A stretch of 64,000 bases of DNA from Octopus sinensis (taxonomy: Eukaryota). Below the pieces are notes generated by a model. It did not search any database and was not told where the DNA came from. It worked only from the letters and a program-made list of their open reading frames with translations. The position numbers and the translations under genes were made by a program. Of the stretch, positions 51,871 to 64,000 are shown piece after piece. Location: positions 109,244,001 through 109,308,000 of the forward strand of contig NC_043005.1 in assembly GCF_006345805.1 (NCBI RefSeq), written 5' to 3'. Positions within the stretch are counted from its first letter, which is position 1, and each line of letters starts with the position of its first letter.

Positions 51871-52639
51871 TATATTTAATATTTTATCTTCTACTTGTTT
51901 CAGTCATAAGACTGCAGCCATGCTGTGGCACTGCCTTGAAGACTTTTAGTCAAATGAATTGACAAAAGAACGTTTATTTTTAAAGAACTGCTACTTATCG
52001 TACCAGTAGTCATACATAAACACACCAACACCAATTATAAAGGGCTGGGTGGGTGGACAAACACAGGCACAAAGACAAACACATAGTTATATGTATATGT
52101 GTGTGTGCATGCATGTGCATATATGTATGTATGTGTTTGTGTATATACATATATATATATATATGCATGTATATATAGAGATATATACACACATATATAT
52201 ACATATATATGTATATATATATATACATACATATATATACATATTTATATACATATATATATATATACATATATATATACATATATATATATATACATAT
52301 ATATATACATATATATATCTGTATGTATATATATATATATATGTAGTTAATCCAAACAAGAAAACACAGAAAAAAAGAGAAAAAAAACACAGCAACGCAG
52401 GACGTGGAACAATTAAAGTATTATTGACGCTCAGGAAAGAAGGGAAGGAGGGTTTAACGTTTCGAGCGGAGCTCTTCGTCGGAAACAAGGAGAAGGAAAG
52501 ATCCCAAGGAGGGAAGACAGAGGAGACAATATTTAAGCTGGTGGTGCTTAAATATATCTGTATGTATATATATATATATATATTTCTATATATATACATA
52601 CATATATATATATATAGTTATATATGTAGATATATATAC

Positions 52640-52680
<41 letters not shown>

Positions 52681-52707
52681 TACATATGTCTATATATGTA
52701 TATATAT

Positions 52708-53332
52708 AAATTAAATTAGAGATAAAACCACTATTAGGCAAATCAAACAGTGAAAAGCATACACCAAAACATAAAAATAAATATACTTAATATAATATAC
52801 AAAATATATAAAATATGAAATTTAGATAAATTTAAAGTTTTTAATTTAGATTTTTAAATTTTTATATTTTTTATATATAAATTTTTTAATAACTTTTTAT
52901 GTAATTTTATATTTTTTTATACATATTTTTATATATATACCCTTTTACTCTTTATTCTTTTACTTGTTTCAGTCATTTGACTGTGGCCATGCTGGAGCAC
53001 CACCTTTAGTCGAGCAAATCGACCCCAGGACTTGCTCTTTGTAAGCCTAGTACTTATTCTATCGGTCTCTTTTAAAAAGATATATATATATAAAATATAT
53101 ATAAAGAAATATTTTAAAATATATTAAAAACATATATATATAAAAAAATATATAAAAAATATAAAAATTTATAAATATAAATTAAAAATTTTAAATTTAA
53201 ATAATTTAAATTTTAAATTTTATATTTTATATATTTTGTATATTATATTAATTATATTTATTTATTTTTATGGTTTGGTTTGTTTTTCTCTGTTTGATTT
53301 GCCTAACAGTGGTTTTATCTCTAATTTAATTT
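52708..53332. repeat. foldback with a CORE-SINE tail inserted in the spacer
   Basis: AAATTAAATTAGAGATAAAACCACTATTAGGCAAATCAAACAG versus its reverse complement at about 53290-53332. The arm is homologous to the sequence 3' of the 4289 hammerhead. Confidence 0.8.
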
Positions 53333-53410
53333 ATATTTATACTGTGAAATTTGATTTAATCCTAATCTAATTTTTCCCTGTAAGTTTGGATTTACTTCCT
53401 AATATTATTA

Positions 53411-53469
<59 letters not shown>

Positions 53470-53799
53470 ATATAGTTAATCCAAACAAGAAAGCACAAAA
53501 AAACACAACAACGCGAGGACGTGGAACAAATATAGTATTATTGGACGCTCAGGAAAGAAGGAAAGAAGGAGGGTTTAACCTTTCGAGCAGAGCTCTTCGT
53601 CGGAAACATAGGAGAAGGAAAGATCCAGAGAAGGGAAGACAGAGGAAAAAAAATCGCCAACGGTACACACGTGGTCACATTTATATATTTATATATATAT
53701 ATATTTATATATATATAAATGTATATCTGTATAAGTATATATATATGTGTATATGTGTGTGTGTGTGTGTATATACATATGTATATATATATGTATATA

Positions 53800-53855
<56 letters not shown>

Positions 53856-53990
53856 CATATATACATATATATGTATATAATAATAATAGTAGGGAATATA
53901 ATACCAAAACTTATAGGGAAAAATTCAATTTAACAATTTTAAATCAAATTTCATGATATATAATATTTCATGATATATAATATATATAAA

Positions 53991-54233
53991 TAATTTAGAG
54001 AAAAACGACTATTAAACAATTGAATAAAGAAAGATGTTAACCATACCATATAAAAATATACTATAAAAAAACCTTATTTTAAAAATCAGTAAAGTACTAT
54101 AAATACAATAAATATTTACTATTTATTGTACTTTATTGATTTTTAAAATAAGGTTTTTTTATAGTATATTTTTATATGGTATGGTTAACATCTTTCTTTA
54201 TTCAATTGTTAATAGTGGTTTTTCTCTAAATTA
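53991..54233. repeat. AT-rich foldback palindrome (~110-bp arms)
   Basis: GAATAAAGAAAGATGTTAACCATACCATATAAAAA in the left arm; its reverse complement in the right arm. Confidence 0.85.
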
Positions 54234-54322
54234 TATACATATATTATATATGTATATAAATATATATATATACTTATATATATATAGGTATATATGCATA
54301 TATATATATGCATCTATATGTA

Positions 54323-54376
<54 letters not shown>

Positions 54377-54429
54377 GCATGCACACACACACACAACATA
54401 TTCATATATACATATATACACATGTATCC

Positions 54430-54930
54430 ATGTGATGCTGAAGAACACCATATTGTGTGTCCTCTATCAACATCCAGATAGCTTCTGATCACATCAGCAT
54501 CGGAAATCTGACAAATGCACCAAATGTATCTACTGAAGCTGACATTTGGGATATCATAATCCTTCTAGCAAACCTAAGCACAGTAAAATAAAGTGGTCTT
54601 CATTGTTATTAAACCTAGAGGCACACATACAAGAAGAACCGGTTTGCTGGCTCAGTATAACTCCCAAGATTACTTCTTCCATCAACTGTTAATGCAACTC
54701 ACGATCTTATACGTAACACATCAACATGGCATCAAGATTGAGCTATCAATTTATAAGAATTTTCCAACCAGGAATACCCAAATTTCTTGGAAATTCTCAG
54801 AAAGTGACCACCTCGAAACTAATAGCAAAGTAGATTGGTATAATGGTTTCGGATAATTCAACCTGGTATACAAAACTGAGTGGTCGAACAAAGAAATATC
54901 GTGAATAGTAAAGTTTCACAAATCTCTACG
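54430..54930 (+). mobile_element. possible decayed LTR-retrotransposon integrase remnant
   Basis: Weak motif resemblance only (IFQPGIPKF; STWYTKLSGRTKKY versus STAYHPQxNGxxE); many stops. Confidence 0.22.
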
Positions 54931-54956
54931 GCATTTATGATGCTGATTAATACTAT

Positions 54957-54997
54957 CATCATCATCATCATCGTGATCATCATCATCGTCGTCGTCG

Positions 54998-55038
<41 letters not shown>

Positions 55039-55183
55039 ATCATCATCATCGTCATCATCGTCGTCGTCGTCGTTGTCATCATCATCATCATCATCGTCGT
55101 CGTCATCATCATCATCTGCGTTGTCGTCATCATCGTCATCATCGTCGTCGTCGTCATCGTCATCATTGTCGTCGTCGTCATCG

Positions 55184-55215
<32 letters not shown>

Positions 55216-55362
55216 GTCGTCGTCGTCATCATCATCATCATCGTTGTTGTCATCATCGTCATCATCGTCGTCGTCGTCATCATCATCATCATCGTTGTTG
55301 TCATCATCGTCATCATCGTCGTCGTCGTCATCATCATCATCATCGTCATTATCATCATCATC
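54957..55362. repeat. phase-locked (ATC/GTC)n compound trinucleotide tract
   Basis: Read directly from the sequence. Confidence 0.95.
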
Positions 55363-57978
55363 CAGAAATACGATTCCGAGGGAAGCCTCAGAATATTACT
55401 ATTGATTTTAAAGTTATCCCATGGATAAAACTAGAAAAGAAGATTAAAAATGAAAAGAAAATATTTTAATCTGCAGTGATAGGTTCCTTTGAGTAAAAAG
55501 AAAGATCAAGTGGAGAACTATTGACCACTAAGCAGATAAAATCAAATTTATGGGCTTTCTTTCATCGTGCACGCAAGTCTCTATTCTTGAGACCAAAAAG
55601 TGATCTTCTTCAATGTCAAGATGGACCTGTATATGAAGAATTCTTGTTTCAAAGAACAATGCCAAATTGTCTTTTTCTCAGTTAAAAGAACAGCAACATT
55701 TTGAACCCCCTAATATATTCCACAAAGCAATAAATTCTCACATTAACCTAGTATATAACATTTTAGGGCATTATCAAATCAATAAGCTACATAGATACAT
55801 ACTTAGCACCAAGAAAAGAAGCTTTTCATCTCACCTCTTAAACTCCCCAAAATCCAACCCCACTAATCTTCCGAAAATGTTTTATCAAAGCTTTTTTGAT
55901 TGGATGGCTACCAAAAATGTTGAAAGATACAGCAATAATCAAAATGATATAAGTTTGTAAAGATGGCAACACAACACATAGAAATACTTACAGATATATG
56001 TCACTTACAGTTTACTTTTCGAATTTCACTGAGAAAATCATGAGCGTGATCGTTACCAGCATCGCCTTACTGGCATCTGTGCCGGTGGCATGTGTAAAAG
56101 ATTCGAGCGAGGTTGTTGCCAGTACTGCCTGACTGGCCCCGTGTCAGTGGCACATAAAAGCACCCACTACATTCTTGGAGTGGTTGGCATTAGGAAGGGC
56201 ATCCAGTGGTAGAAACTCTGCCAGATCAAGATTGGAGCCTGGTGCAGCCATCTGGTTTGCCAGCCCTCAGTCAAAATTGTCCAACCCATGCTAGCATGGA
56301 AAGCAGATGTTAAACGATGATGATGATGATGATGATGATTAGCATAAACTTTTTAACAAATCCCAGCATAGCTTTTATCTCAGAAAAGTCTGGTATAATT
56401 ACAAGACCACAACCAAATTCTGAAGTTTCTGCTTCTTTAATCAAGATTTGATTGTGTATACCTTAATTTCATCAAAGACTTTCTCAAATTTGACCATACA
56501 ATATCAGACTACAAACTGATAAATGTAAATATAACATTAATTTTGGGCACTTAGATGTTTGATGTCTTCAAAACATAAATTAAATGGTACCAGTGTGTTT
56601 TGAACTTTAAAAATCTTCAGTTGAAAATTGTCTTACAAAAATTTTGGGGAATGAGATCACTTTTCCCCATAGAAGTTATCTAAATGTATTTCTTTCTCTC
56701 TCACATACCAGGTCAGTAATCTGCAAAAGACCACAACCAAAACACAGCAGCCTCAACTATTTCTTTGTTGCATTAACTTGAGATGCCAAGTACTTTGAAA
56801 AGCTCAGGGTATATACAGAGACATGATGGCAGAATATTCAAATTTGTCAGTAGTACCCCAGCATAACCTTGAATGGAAAGGCTAAGCTCGGGACAATATG
56901 CATGCATACATATGCAAACTAATACAAATATACATACATATTTATGCATGCATGTATATCTATTAACCTATCTACTTGTCTATCTATTTTTCTCCCCCCC
57001 CCCTCTCTCTCCTTCCCTTCATATAAATATTACACATATATACATATACGATTCTACATCAAACAATTTATTTCATTTACATCCTATAATAAATGATATA
57101 CATAACTGATATTTCAGGATAAAAATCCCTTGACATGCAGCTGTGAAATTACTTAAATACAATTTACTCACACACAAACACGGACATGCAACATCTTCAT
57201 AGCTAATATTTCGGTCCAAAACGCCCTAGACACAGCACACTGGAATTACTAAACTCCAGACATCCTTCTGATTCCGTTCTTTCATTTAATGCTATTGCAT
57301 TGCGATTTTTACTGTCTTCGTTCTGCACGCTTTTGTGATAATAAAATTCCTAAACATTTTGTGAAGAGATTCTGTTTCTCGACTAGAAAACGAAGTCATA
57401 CACTACCAACAATAAGTTTGTGAGGAAATCAGTTTAAGGCCCTTATTTCACAATTGTTTGCTGAATGACGAGAACTAAGGCAGTAGTGTGACAAACTTAA
57501 AGAACAGAGAAATCAGAAGATGATTCTGAAATCCTACAGTTTTGCAATTCTAAGTCTAAGACTTTAACACTACATTACCATCTGTACAGACAATTTATGG
57601 ATAGTATGTGAAATATATTTTTTATACCAGACAGTATTTTTTTAATGCTAGACAGGCTTTATTTATATTTCGTTTTTGGATTTGGTTTGCAAGATTCTTT
57701 TAAAAATAAGAAATAAGTGGAAATTTTACCGGTGAGTGTTACCTTATAAGGCACAAAAAGAAAATGACTCTCCCCAGAGGCTTTATTTAATTATGTGTGT
57801 ATTTCTATATACATATATATATTCTTTACCATTCCATCTTTGATATAGCTCTCCTGTTTTTTAAAAACATTTTCATCTACTTTCACCACTTCCGCCTTTT
57901 AGTATGTGACCTTGTCTGTATCACTAGCGATTTTTTTTTTCCTCTGTCTTCCCTTCTCGGGATCTTTCTTTCTCCTAT

Positions 57979-58013
57979 GTTTCCGATGAAGAGCTCCACT
58001 CGAAACGTCAAAC
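57979..58013 (+). ncRNA. minimal type-I hammerhead-like motif (U4C variant)
   Basis: GUUU-CCGAUGA-A-GAG(CUCCA)CUC-GAAAC-GUC-AAAC; canonical GUC triplet. Confidence 0.55.
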
Positions 58014-58422
58014 CCTCCTTCTTCCCTTCTTTCCTGAGCGTCCAATAATACTTTATTTGTTCCACATACTTGCGTTGTTGTCTTTTTGTTTTCTTGTTTG
58101 GATTAACTATATATATATATGCACACATAAATAATTCATTGGCAAACATCACCAGACTTACACCTGCATAAATAAAATGTAGTTAAGGATAGATACCATA
58201 CATAATGTGAAAAGCAGAAAATTATGTTTAACCTATTATAATTTTAATCATAATGAGAAGTTTCACATTTTAGGTGCTTTATTCTAAATATAAGTAATTT
58301 AACCAATTCTGAAACTTCCACTACATTGTAACAACCCATGGATATACCAGTGTGTGTTTCCATGTTTCTTAACCCAAAGAACTAGTCATAAAATGATAGT
58401 GGCTTCTTAGAAATTATTGTTA

Positions 58423-58658
58423 TATCTATTTCTTTGTTGCCCACAAGGGGCTAAACACACAGGGGACAGACAAGGACAGACAAAGGGATTAAGTCAATTA
58501 CATCAACTTCAATGCGAAACTGGTTCTTTATTTATCAACCCTGAAAGGATGAAAGCCAAAGTCGACCTCGGCGGAATTTGAACTCAGAACATAACAACAT
58601 ATGAAATGCCACTAAGCATTTCGCCCGGCGCGCTAACATGTCTGCCAGCTTGCTGCCT
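58423..58658 (-). mobile_element. tRNA-derived SINE
   Basis: Copy of the 10409 family. Confidence 0.85.
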
Positions 58659-59227
58659 AATTATTGTTGTATCAACATTAATGATGTTTTTCTAAACTCT
58701 AAAAGATTCTGATTATTTAAGAATGCTTTGGTGGTATTCTACAATATTGAACCAGATAAATCTGGATTTATTTTCGGTATCGTTCAATCACTTTATTAAG
58801 ACATTAGTGCACCCCCATTGTATAAGTATGGGTTTTGTCTAATATTTACATGGAATTTAATACACATTTATTGCTATTCATTTCATTCATAGCATAGGTA
58901 TAAGTTCGTATTTATGATCATTTAATGTTATGTAAGACTTGGATGGAGTGAGATAGTTTACATGGTTTTCTATATTGATATTCACTCTATTTTCTCTTTA
59001 ATAAGTTATCAGGAAATATGAGTTGAGCTTCTTTTTCCAACTCTTTCTGTTACATTGTCTGCTAATAATTTTTTGTGCAAATATATACATATATATATAT
59101 ATCAATAATATAAGGGTAAATGATTATTAATTTTAAAGTTAATAATTATTACCAAGTAGTTTCAGTATGGAAATAGAACCATTATCGGTAGGAACTTTTA
59201 CAAAAAGTTCTTTATATATGTGGTATA

Positions 59228-59296
<69 letters not shown>

Positions 59297-59298
59297 GT

Positions 59299-59807
59299 AC
59301 TAGCAGTATTGCCCGGCTTTGAAAAATGGTCACATTTAATTCAAAGCGTTAAAAATGTTATGAAAACAATTGGTATGTGTTCACAAAGTCCAGACGATTA
59401 ATACGAAAAAACCCTCCAGGCTACATCCCGAAAATTCATTTCTTTGCCGAATTTCTACAATGTTTACGGCGATTCGTTTTTATATCTTGATTTTTTATTT
59501 TTCATGCAATTTACGCTTGCTTGCACGCATGGTGAACACAGTTCACGTCAAACAGCTGACTGATTAAAGTTCACTATTTAATGCATGGGTTAAGGCCTAA
59601 ACAAACACATCATCGATTTTTGCACTTGCGAGATGAATTTCGGAACAGAAATAGCGCAGTTCAATTTTCATTCGCCTAAACTTTAAGTTACCCATTTTTG
59701 GTGGATCTACAATTTGTTGGCTAGGAGATGTGCCGGGAACTTAAACACACAGGCATACACACAAATACACACACAGACACACAAGTTGAGTTTTATATAT
59801 ATAAGAT
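59299..59807 (+). mobile_element. Helitron-like non-autonomous element
   Basis: ACTAGCAGTATTGCCCGGC start; (CA)n-CAGAC...TTTTATATATATAAGAT end. Confidence 0.5.
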
Positions 59808-59811
59808 ATAT

Positions 59812-59997
59812 AAATAGGGTTAAGCAACAAGTTGCTTAGCCACATACCGAAAATTTAGAAATAGTAGTCAAAGACCGCTTATTCCTATTTACTACAAATA
59901 TAGCTCCACATATAACATTTACTAGGAATAAACGGTCTTTGACGCTACCTCTAAATTTTTGGTATGTGTCTAAGTAACTTGTTGCTTAACCCTATTT
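59812..59997. repeat. foldback palindrome (~75-bp arms)
   Basis: AAATAGGGTTAAGCAACAAGTT... versus ...AACTTGTTGCTTAACCCTATTT. Confidence 0.9.
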
Positions 59998-60007
59998 ATA
60001 TATATAC

Positions 60008-60056
<49 letters not shown>

Positions 60057-61810
60057 CATATATGTGACCGCGTGTGTACCATTGGCGATTTTTTTTTCTC
60101 CGTCTTCCCTTCTTTGGCTCTTTCCTTTTCCTATGTTTCTGACAAAGAGCTTCACTCGAAACGTTAAACCATCCTTCTTCCCTTCCTTCCTGAGCGTCTA
60201 ATAATACTATATTTGTTCCACGTCCTCGCGTTGTTGTGCTTTCTCTTTGTGTTTTCATGTTTGGATTAACTATATATACATATATATATATATATATAAA
60301 CACATACACATACATATGTGTGTTTGTATATCTGTGTGTGTGTTTTTGTTTGTTTGGGAGTGTGGTAGCTGTTTCTAGTATATTGAACAATCATGTAGGT
60401 ATTCTTTCATTGACACATATTACATTGTATTTAAATGGTAGATATAGAATGGTCACAACTAGAATACCCTTAGTCATAAGTCTGCTCAATCAGGCCTGGC
60501 CTAGTGAAAATAACATTGTCATTGATAACAAAGTGTCAGTGATTCTGTTAAACATGCAATAGCTTCAAAATACATTGAGTAAAGCAATTCTAAAAAGTCC
60601 TCTTTTACCAGAATATGGAAGTACTAAATACTCCTTTCTTAATAATATCCATGAACATTGCATACAAATGCACTAAATAGGCCTCTCTCGATAAATAAAT
60701 AGCTTCTGAGCTGGTAAATGAAACCTTTGCATAGTAGATCACTTTAAATGCTGGAAGGAACTGTCTTAATTAAAGAAGAAGACATATTCATTTCTATAAT
60801 CCTTGATAAAATAAGCCTGAGAAGGAAAATCAGAATGGGGTAGTCATTGGAGGAACAACTTTTTCCCGAGTAGATGTGAGTAGCCATGCAAGTCCCTCAG
60901 TAAGAATCTGTTCTGACCCACTTCCTCTCCCATAGTAATCCCCTAGCATGAAACTGACCCCCACCACCTCAGGGGCTCATATTCCTGAAAACTGCATGAT
61001 GACTTCACTAGTGCAGGTGGTACAAGAAAGAAACCTGGTATGCACTGTAAAGTGGTTGGCATTAGGAAGAGCATTCAGCTACAAAGACCAAGCTAAAGCG
61101 GGCAGTGGAGCTGGATGCTGTCTTTAGACACATCAGTGTATATTAAATGAAATTTCTCGCTCCCTGAATTGAGTGCATCTTTTGTTCCTAGCTATAATTG
61201 AACAGTAAACTATAACTATACCTATATTTATCTATCAATCTGTCTGTCTGTCCATCCATTCATTTGTCTATCTATCTATCTATCTATATATCTATCTATT
61301 TATCAATTTATCTATTAAAAAAATATATATTTTCGTAGAAGACCCATCAATCCAAGTGATATCATAGTTATGGCAGAAACTGGTGTTATGCAACTGGCAC
61401 CAGTGCTGGTGGCACTTAAAAGCACCCAGTTACACTCTCAGAGTGGTTGGCATTAAGAAGAGTATTCAGCCATAGAACCAGGCGAAATCAGACTGGAGTC
61501 TGGTGCAGTCTTTCAACTTACCAGCCCTAGTCAAACCATCCAATCTATGCCAGAATAGACAACAGATGTTAAATGATGATGATGATAGATAGACAAACAG
61601 ATAGACAAACAAACAAATTGATAGATAGATCGATAGATAGATAGATGGACAGACAGATAGACAAACAGATAGATAGATTGATAGATAGATAGACAGATAG
61701 ACAGACAGATAGACAAACAGATAGATAGATTGATAGAGTATGCATCTCTTTATTTGGACTTAAATCGTCATTTTTCCAACAAATTGAAACTGATACCGAG
61801 CAATACTCAC

Positions 61811-61893
61811 CAAATTATCGACAAGTGCAGCAACCAGACCACCCACTGCAGCACCCAGACTTCACCACAAAGTTTTAGATTAATGCCATTCAT
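61811..61893 (-). CDS. candidate first coding exon of a secreted or membrane protein (signal-peptide-like N-terminus)
   Basis: ATG with A at -3 and in-frame upstream stops. Encodes MNGINLKLCGEVWVLQWVVWLLHLSII+TG, then a consensus donor G|GTGAGTA (phase 2). Unique, non-repeat sequence; no homology recognised. Confidence 0.45.
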
Positions 61894-62453
61894 ATTTAAG
61901 AGTAATGCGCACTGGGAATTGGTGTGGGCGTTTGCACACTACTCAAAGAGCAGTTAACTTGTCACTGGAACCATAATTTTCAATTCCACTTCAATTAGAA
62001 TCTTGTCGTAATTTCATTTTCTGTTGTACAATTATTGTTTTGGTTATTGTTTTTGTTTTGAGTTCGTCTTTTATCGGAATTGAAATAAACACATTCTCCT
62101 CTCCCTTGCATCCCTCGTGGGAGGCCAATAATCTCTATTACACATGTTAGTCATAGTCAACTCTGTTGTCAACTGAAATTTGAGTCGGGAGGTGTGGTGG
62201 ATGTGGAGATGTGTATGCCTACACATGTGTGTTTGTGTGTGTGTGTATACATATGTATATGTATGTGTATATGTATATATGTATGTATATATATATATGT
62301 ATATATGTATGTATATCTATATATGTATGTATATGTGTATATATATACATATATATGTGTTTATGTATATATATGTATATATATATATCTATATCTGTAT
62401 GTATATATACATATATATATGTGTGTGTGTATGTATACATATATGTATGTATA

Positions 62454-62505
<52 letters not shown>

Positions 62506-62535
62506 GTATGCATATATATGTATGTATATACATAT

Positions 62536-62602
<67 letters not shown>

Positions 62603-63159
62603 CATTTATGCATACAAATGTGTGCACCACTCATGCATATGTATTTATATATATTTATACAGTTCCAAAATATGCACACATATAGAGATAAAAACATATA
62701 CGTATATATTTAAATATATACAAATATATTTATAATGCATTTTACACACACACACACACACATACAACCATGCTTGTATATGCACACATTTCACATCAAA
62801 GTTAGTCACCAGATCACTTGATGTCAGCTGATGTTTTACATGAGAGGCACACAGCATTAGAGAGAAAGAGAGTGAGAAAGAGAGAGAGAGAGTGAGTGAG
62901 AAAGGGAGAGAGTAACAAGGAGTTGGAGAATGAGAGTGTTTTGGGAGAAAAAGAAAAAAGATAGGGATGTATGCTATTATTATTATTATTATTATTTTCT
63001 TTTTAAATTACAAAAAGAAAAACGTTAATAATAAAACAAGCAAGCCCCTCAAAAAAGTTATAGAAAGAGACAAATTGTATAAAACAGAGCGAAACAGAGC
63101 GAACACGATATGTTTCCTTTATCAATATTGACCTCATATATCATCTATTTAAATATCAA

Positions 63160-63200
<41 letters not shown>

Positions 63201-63246
63201 GTATTCCTGTTCTTCTCTAGATTTTATATGCCCTTTCTGTTTTGTG

Positions 63247-63258
63247 GAGCCATTTTGA
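63247..63258 (-). promoter_or_regulatory. YY1-like motif (AAAATGGC) upstream of the candidate gene
   Basis: GAGCCATTTTG on the + strand. A single motif, so its significance is inferred only from position. Confidence 0.15.
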
Positions 63259-63589
63259 CATTCTTTAATTCTCAATGATCACTTGAAGAGCAATAAAATA
63301 ACAAACAGCAAACAATATTTTGAATCACTTAAAGCGATTTTACAATTCATTTCAATCATTTGTGTCAGAAGATTTGTTTACTTAATTCACTTTTATTTTA
63401 TTACATATTTTATTTTATTGTTTTATTACATATTTTATTTCAGTTTTGTTTTTCTCGTTTTATTGCATTTTCTTACATTTTGTTTATTTGCTGCACAAAC
63501 TCAATTACACTTAGGATTGCATATTTGAAAAAAAAATATTGAAAAATATCAAAAATTATTGAAAACAATAAAAGCCATAGCAATAATTC

Positions 63590-63622
<33 letters not shown>

Positions 63623-63821
63623 TATAATAATAATAATAATATAATAATAATAATAATAATAATATAATAATAATAATAATGATAATAAATATGATTCTTT
63701 ATTAGCAACAAAGACCCATAAGTGAAATTCACAACAGAGGAGTTACAAAAAATATGGGGCTATCTATATGTATGTATGTATGTATGTATGTTGTATGTAT
63801 GTATGTATGTATGTATGTATG

Positions 63822-63860
<39 letters not shown>

Positions 63861-63919
63861 ATATATATATATATACATATATGTATGTATCTATGTTTGC
63901 CTTGTACATATATATATAT

Positions 63920-63951
<32 letters not shown>

Positions 63952-64000
63952 CATATATGTATGTATCTATGTTTACCTTGTACATATATATATATATATT

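Noticed and set aside
60608-60817. Minus-strand segment with strong acceptor (TTTTCCTTCTCAG) as exon 2
   Set aside because: Stop codons occur in all three frames before any good donor.
175-63931. Most ORFs in the six-frame track (YI/CV/HT/poly-I/poly-S rich)
   Set aside because: They are translations of (TA)n, (CA)n, (ATT)n and (ATC)n microsatellites or SINE sequence, with no protein-like complexity.

Overview
This is very AT-rich, microsatellite-laden eukaryotic DNA. Its repeat repertoire (tRNA-headed CORE-type SINEs, RTE 3' ends with (GAT)n tails, Penelope-like elements, long compound (TA)n/(CA)n/(ATT)n tracts) suggests a coleoid cephalopod, probably Octopus; this is an inference. Almost all ORFs in the track are translations of simple repeats or degraded transposons. 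The only credible host-gene feature is a candidate first coding exon on the minus strand (61893-61811, signal-peptide-like, GTGAGT donor), so most of the window may be one giant first intron or intergenic DNA. Recognisable transposon remnants are Penelope GIY-YIG, RTE, Tx1/L1, R4/Dong, Tc1/mariner, a probable Gypsy pol, piggyBac-type and hAT MITEs, and Helitron-like non-autonomous elements. The most interesting structure is about 15 type-I hammerhead-ribozyme-like motifs. They lie in short Penelope-derived modules inserted in (TA)n tracts, many carry a shared substitution at core position 4, and several sit in or beside about ten long foldback palindromes. No prokaryote-type system, CRISPR array, rRNA or true tRNA gene was seen.
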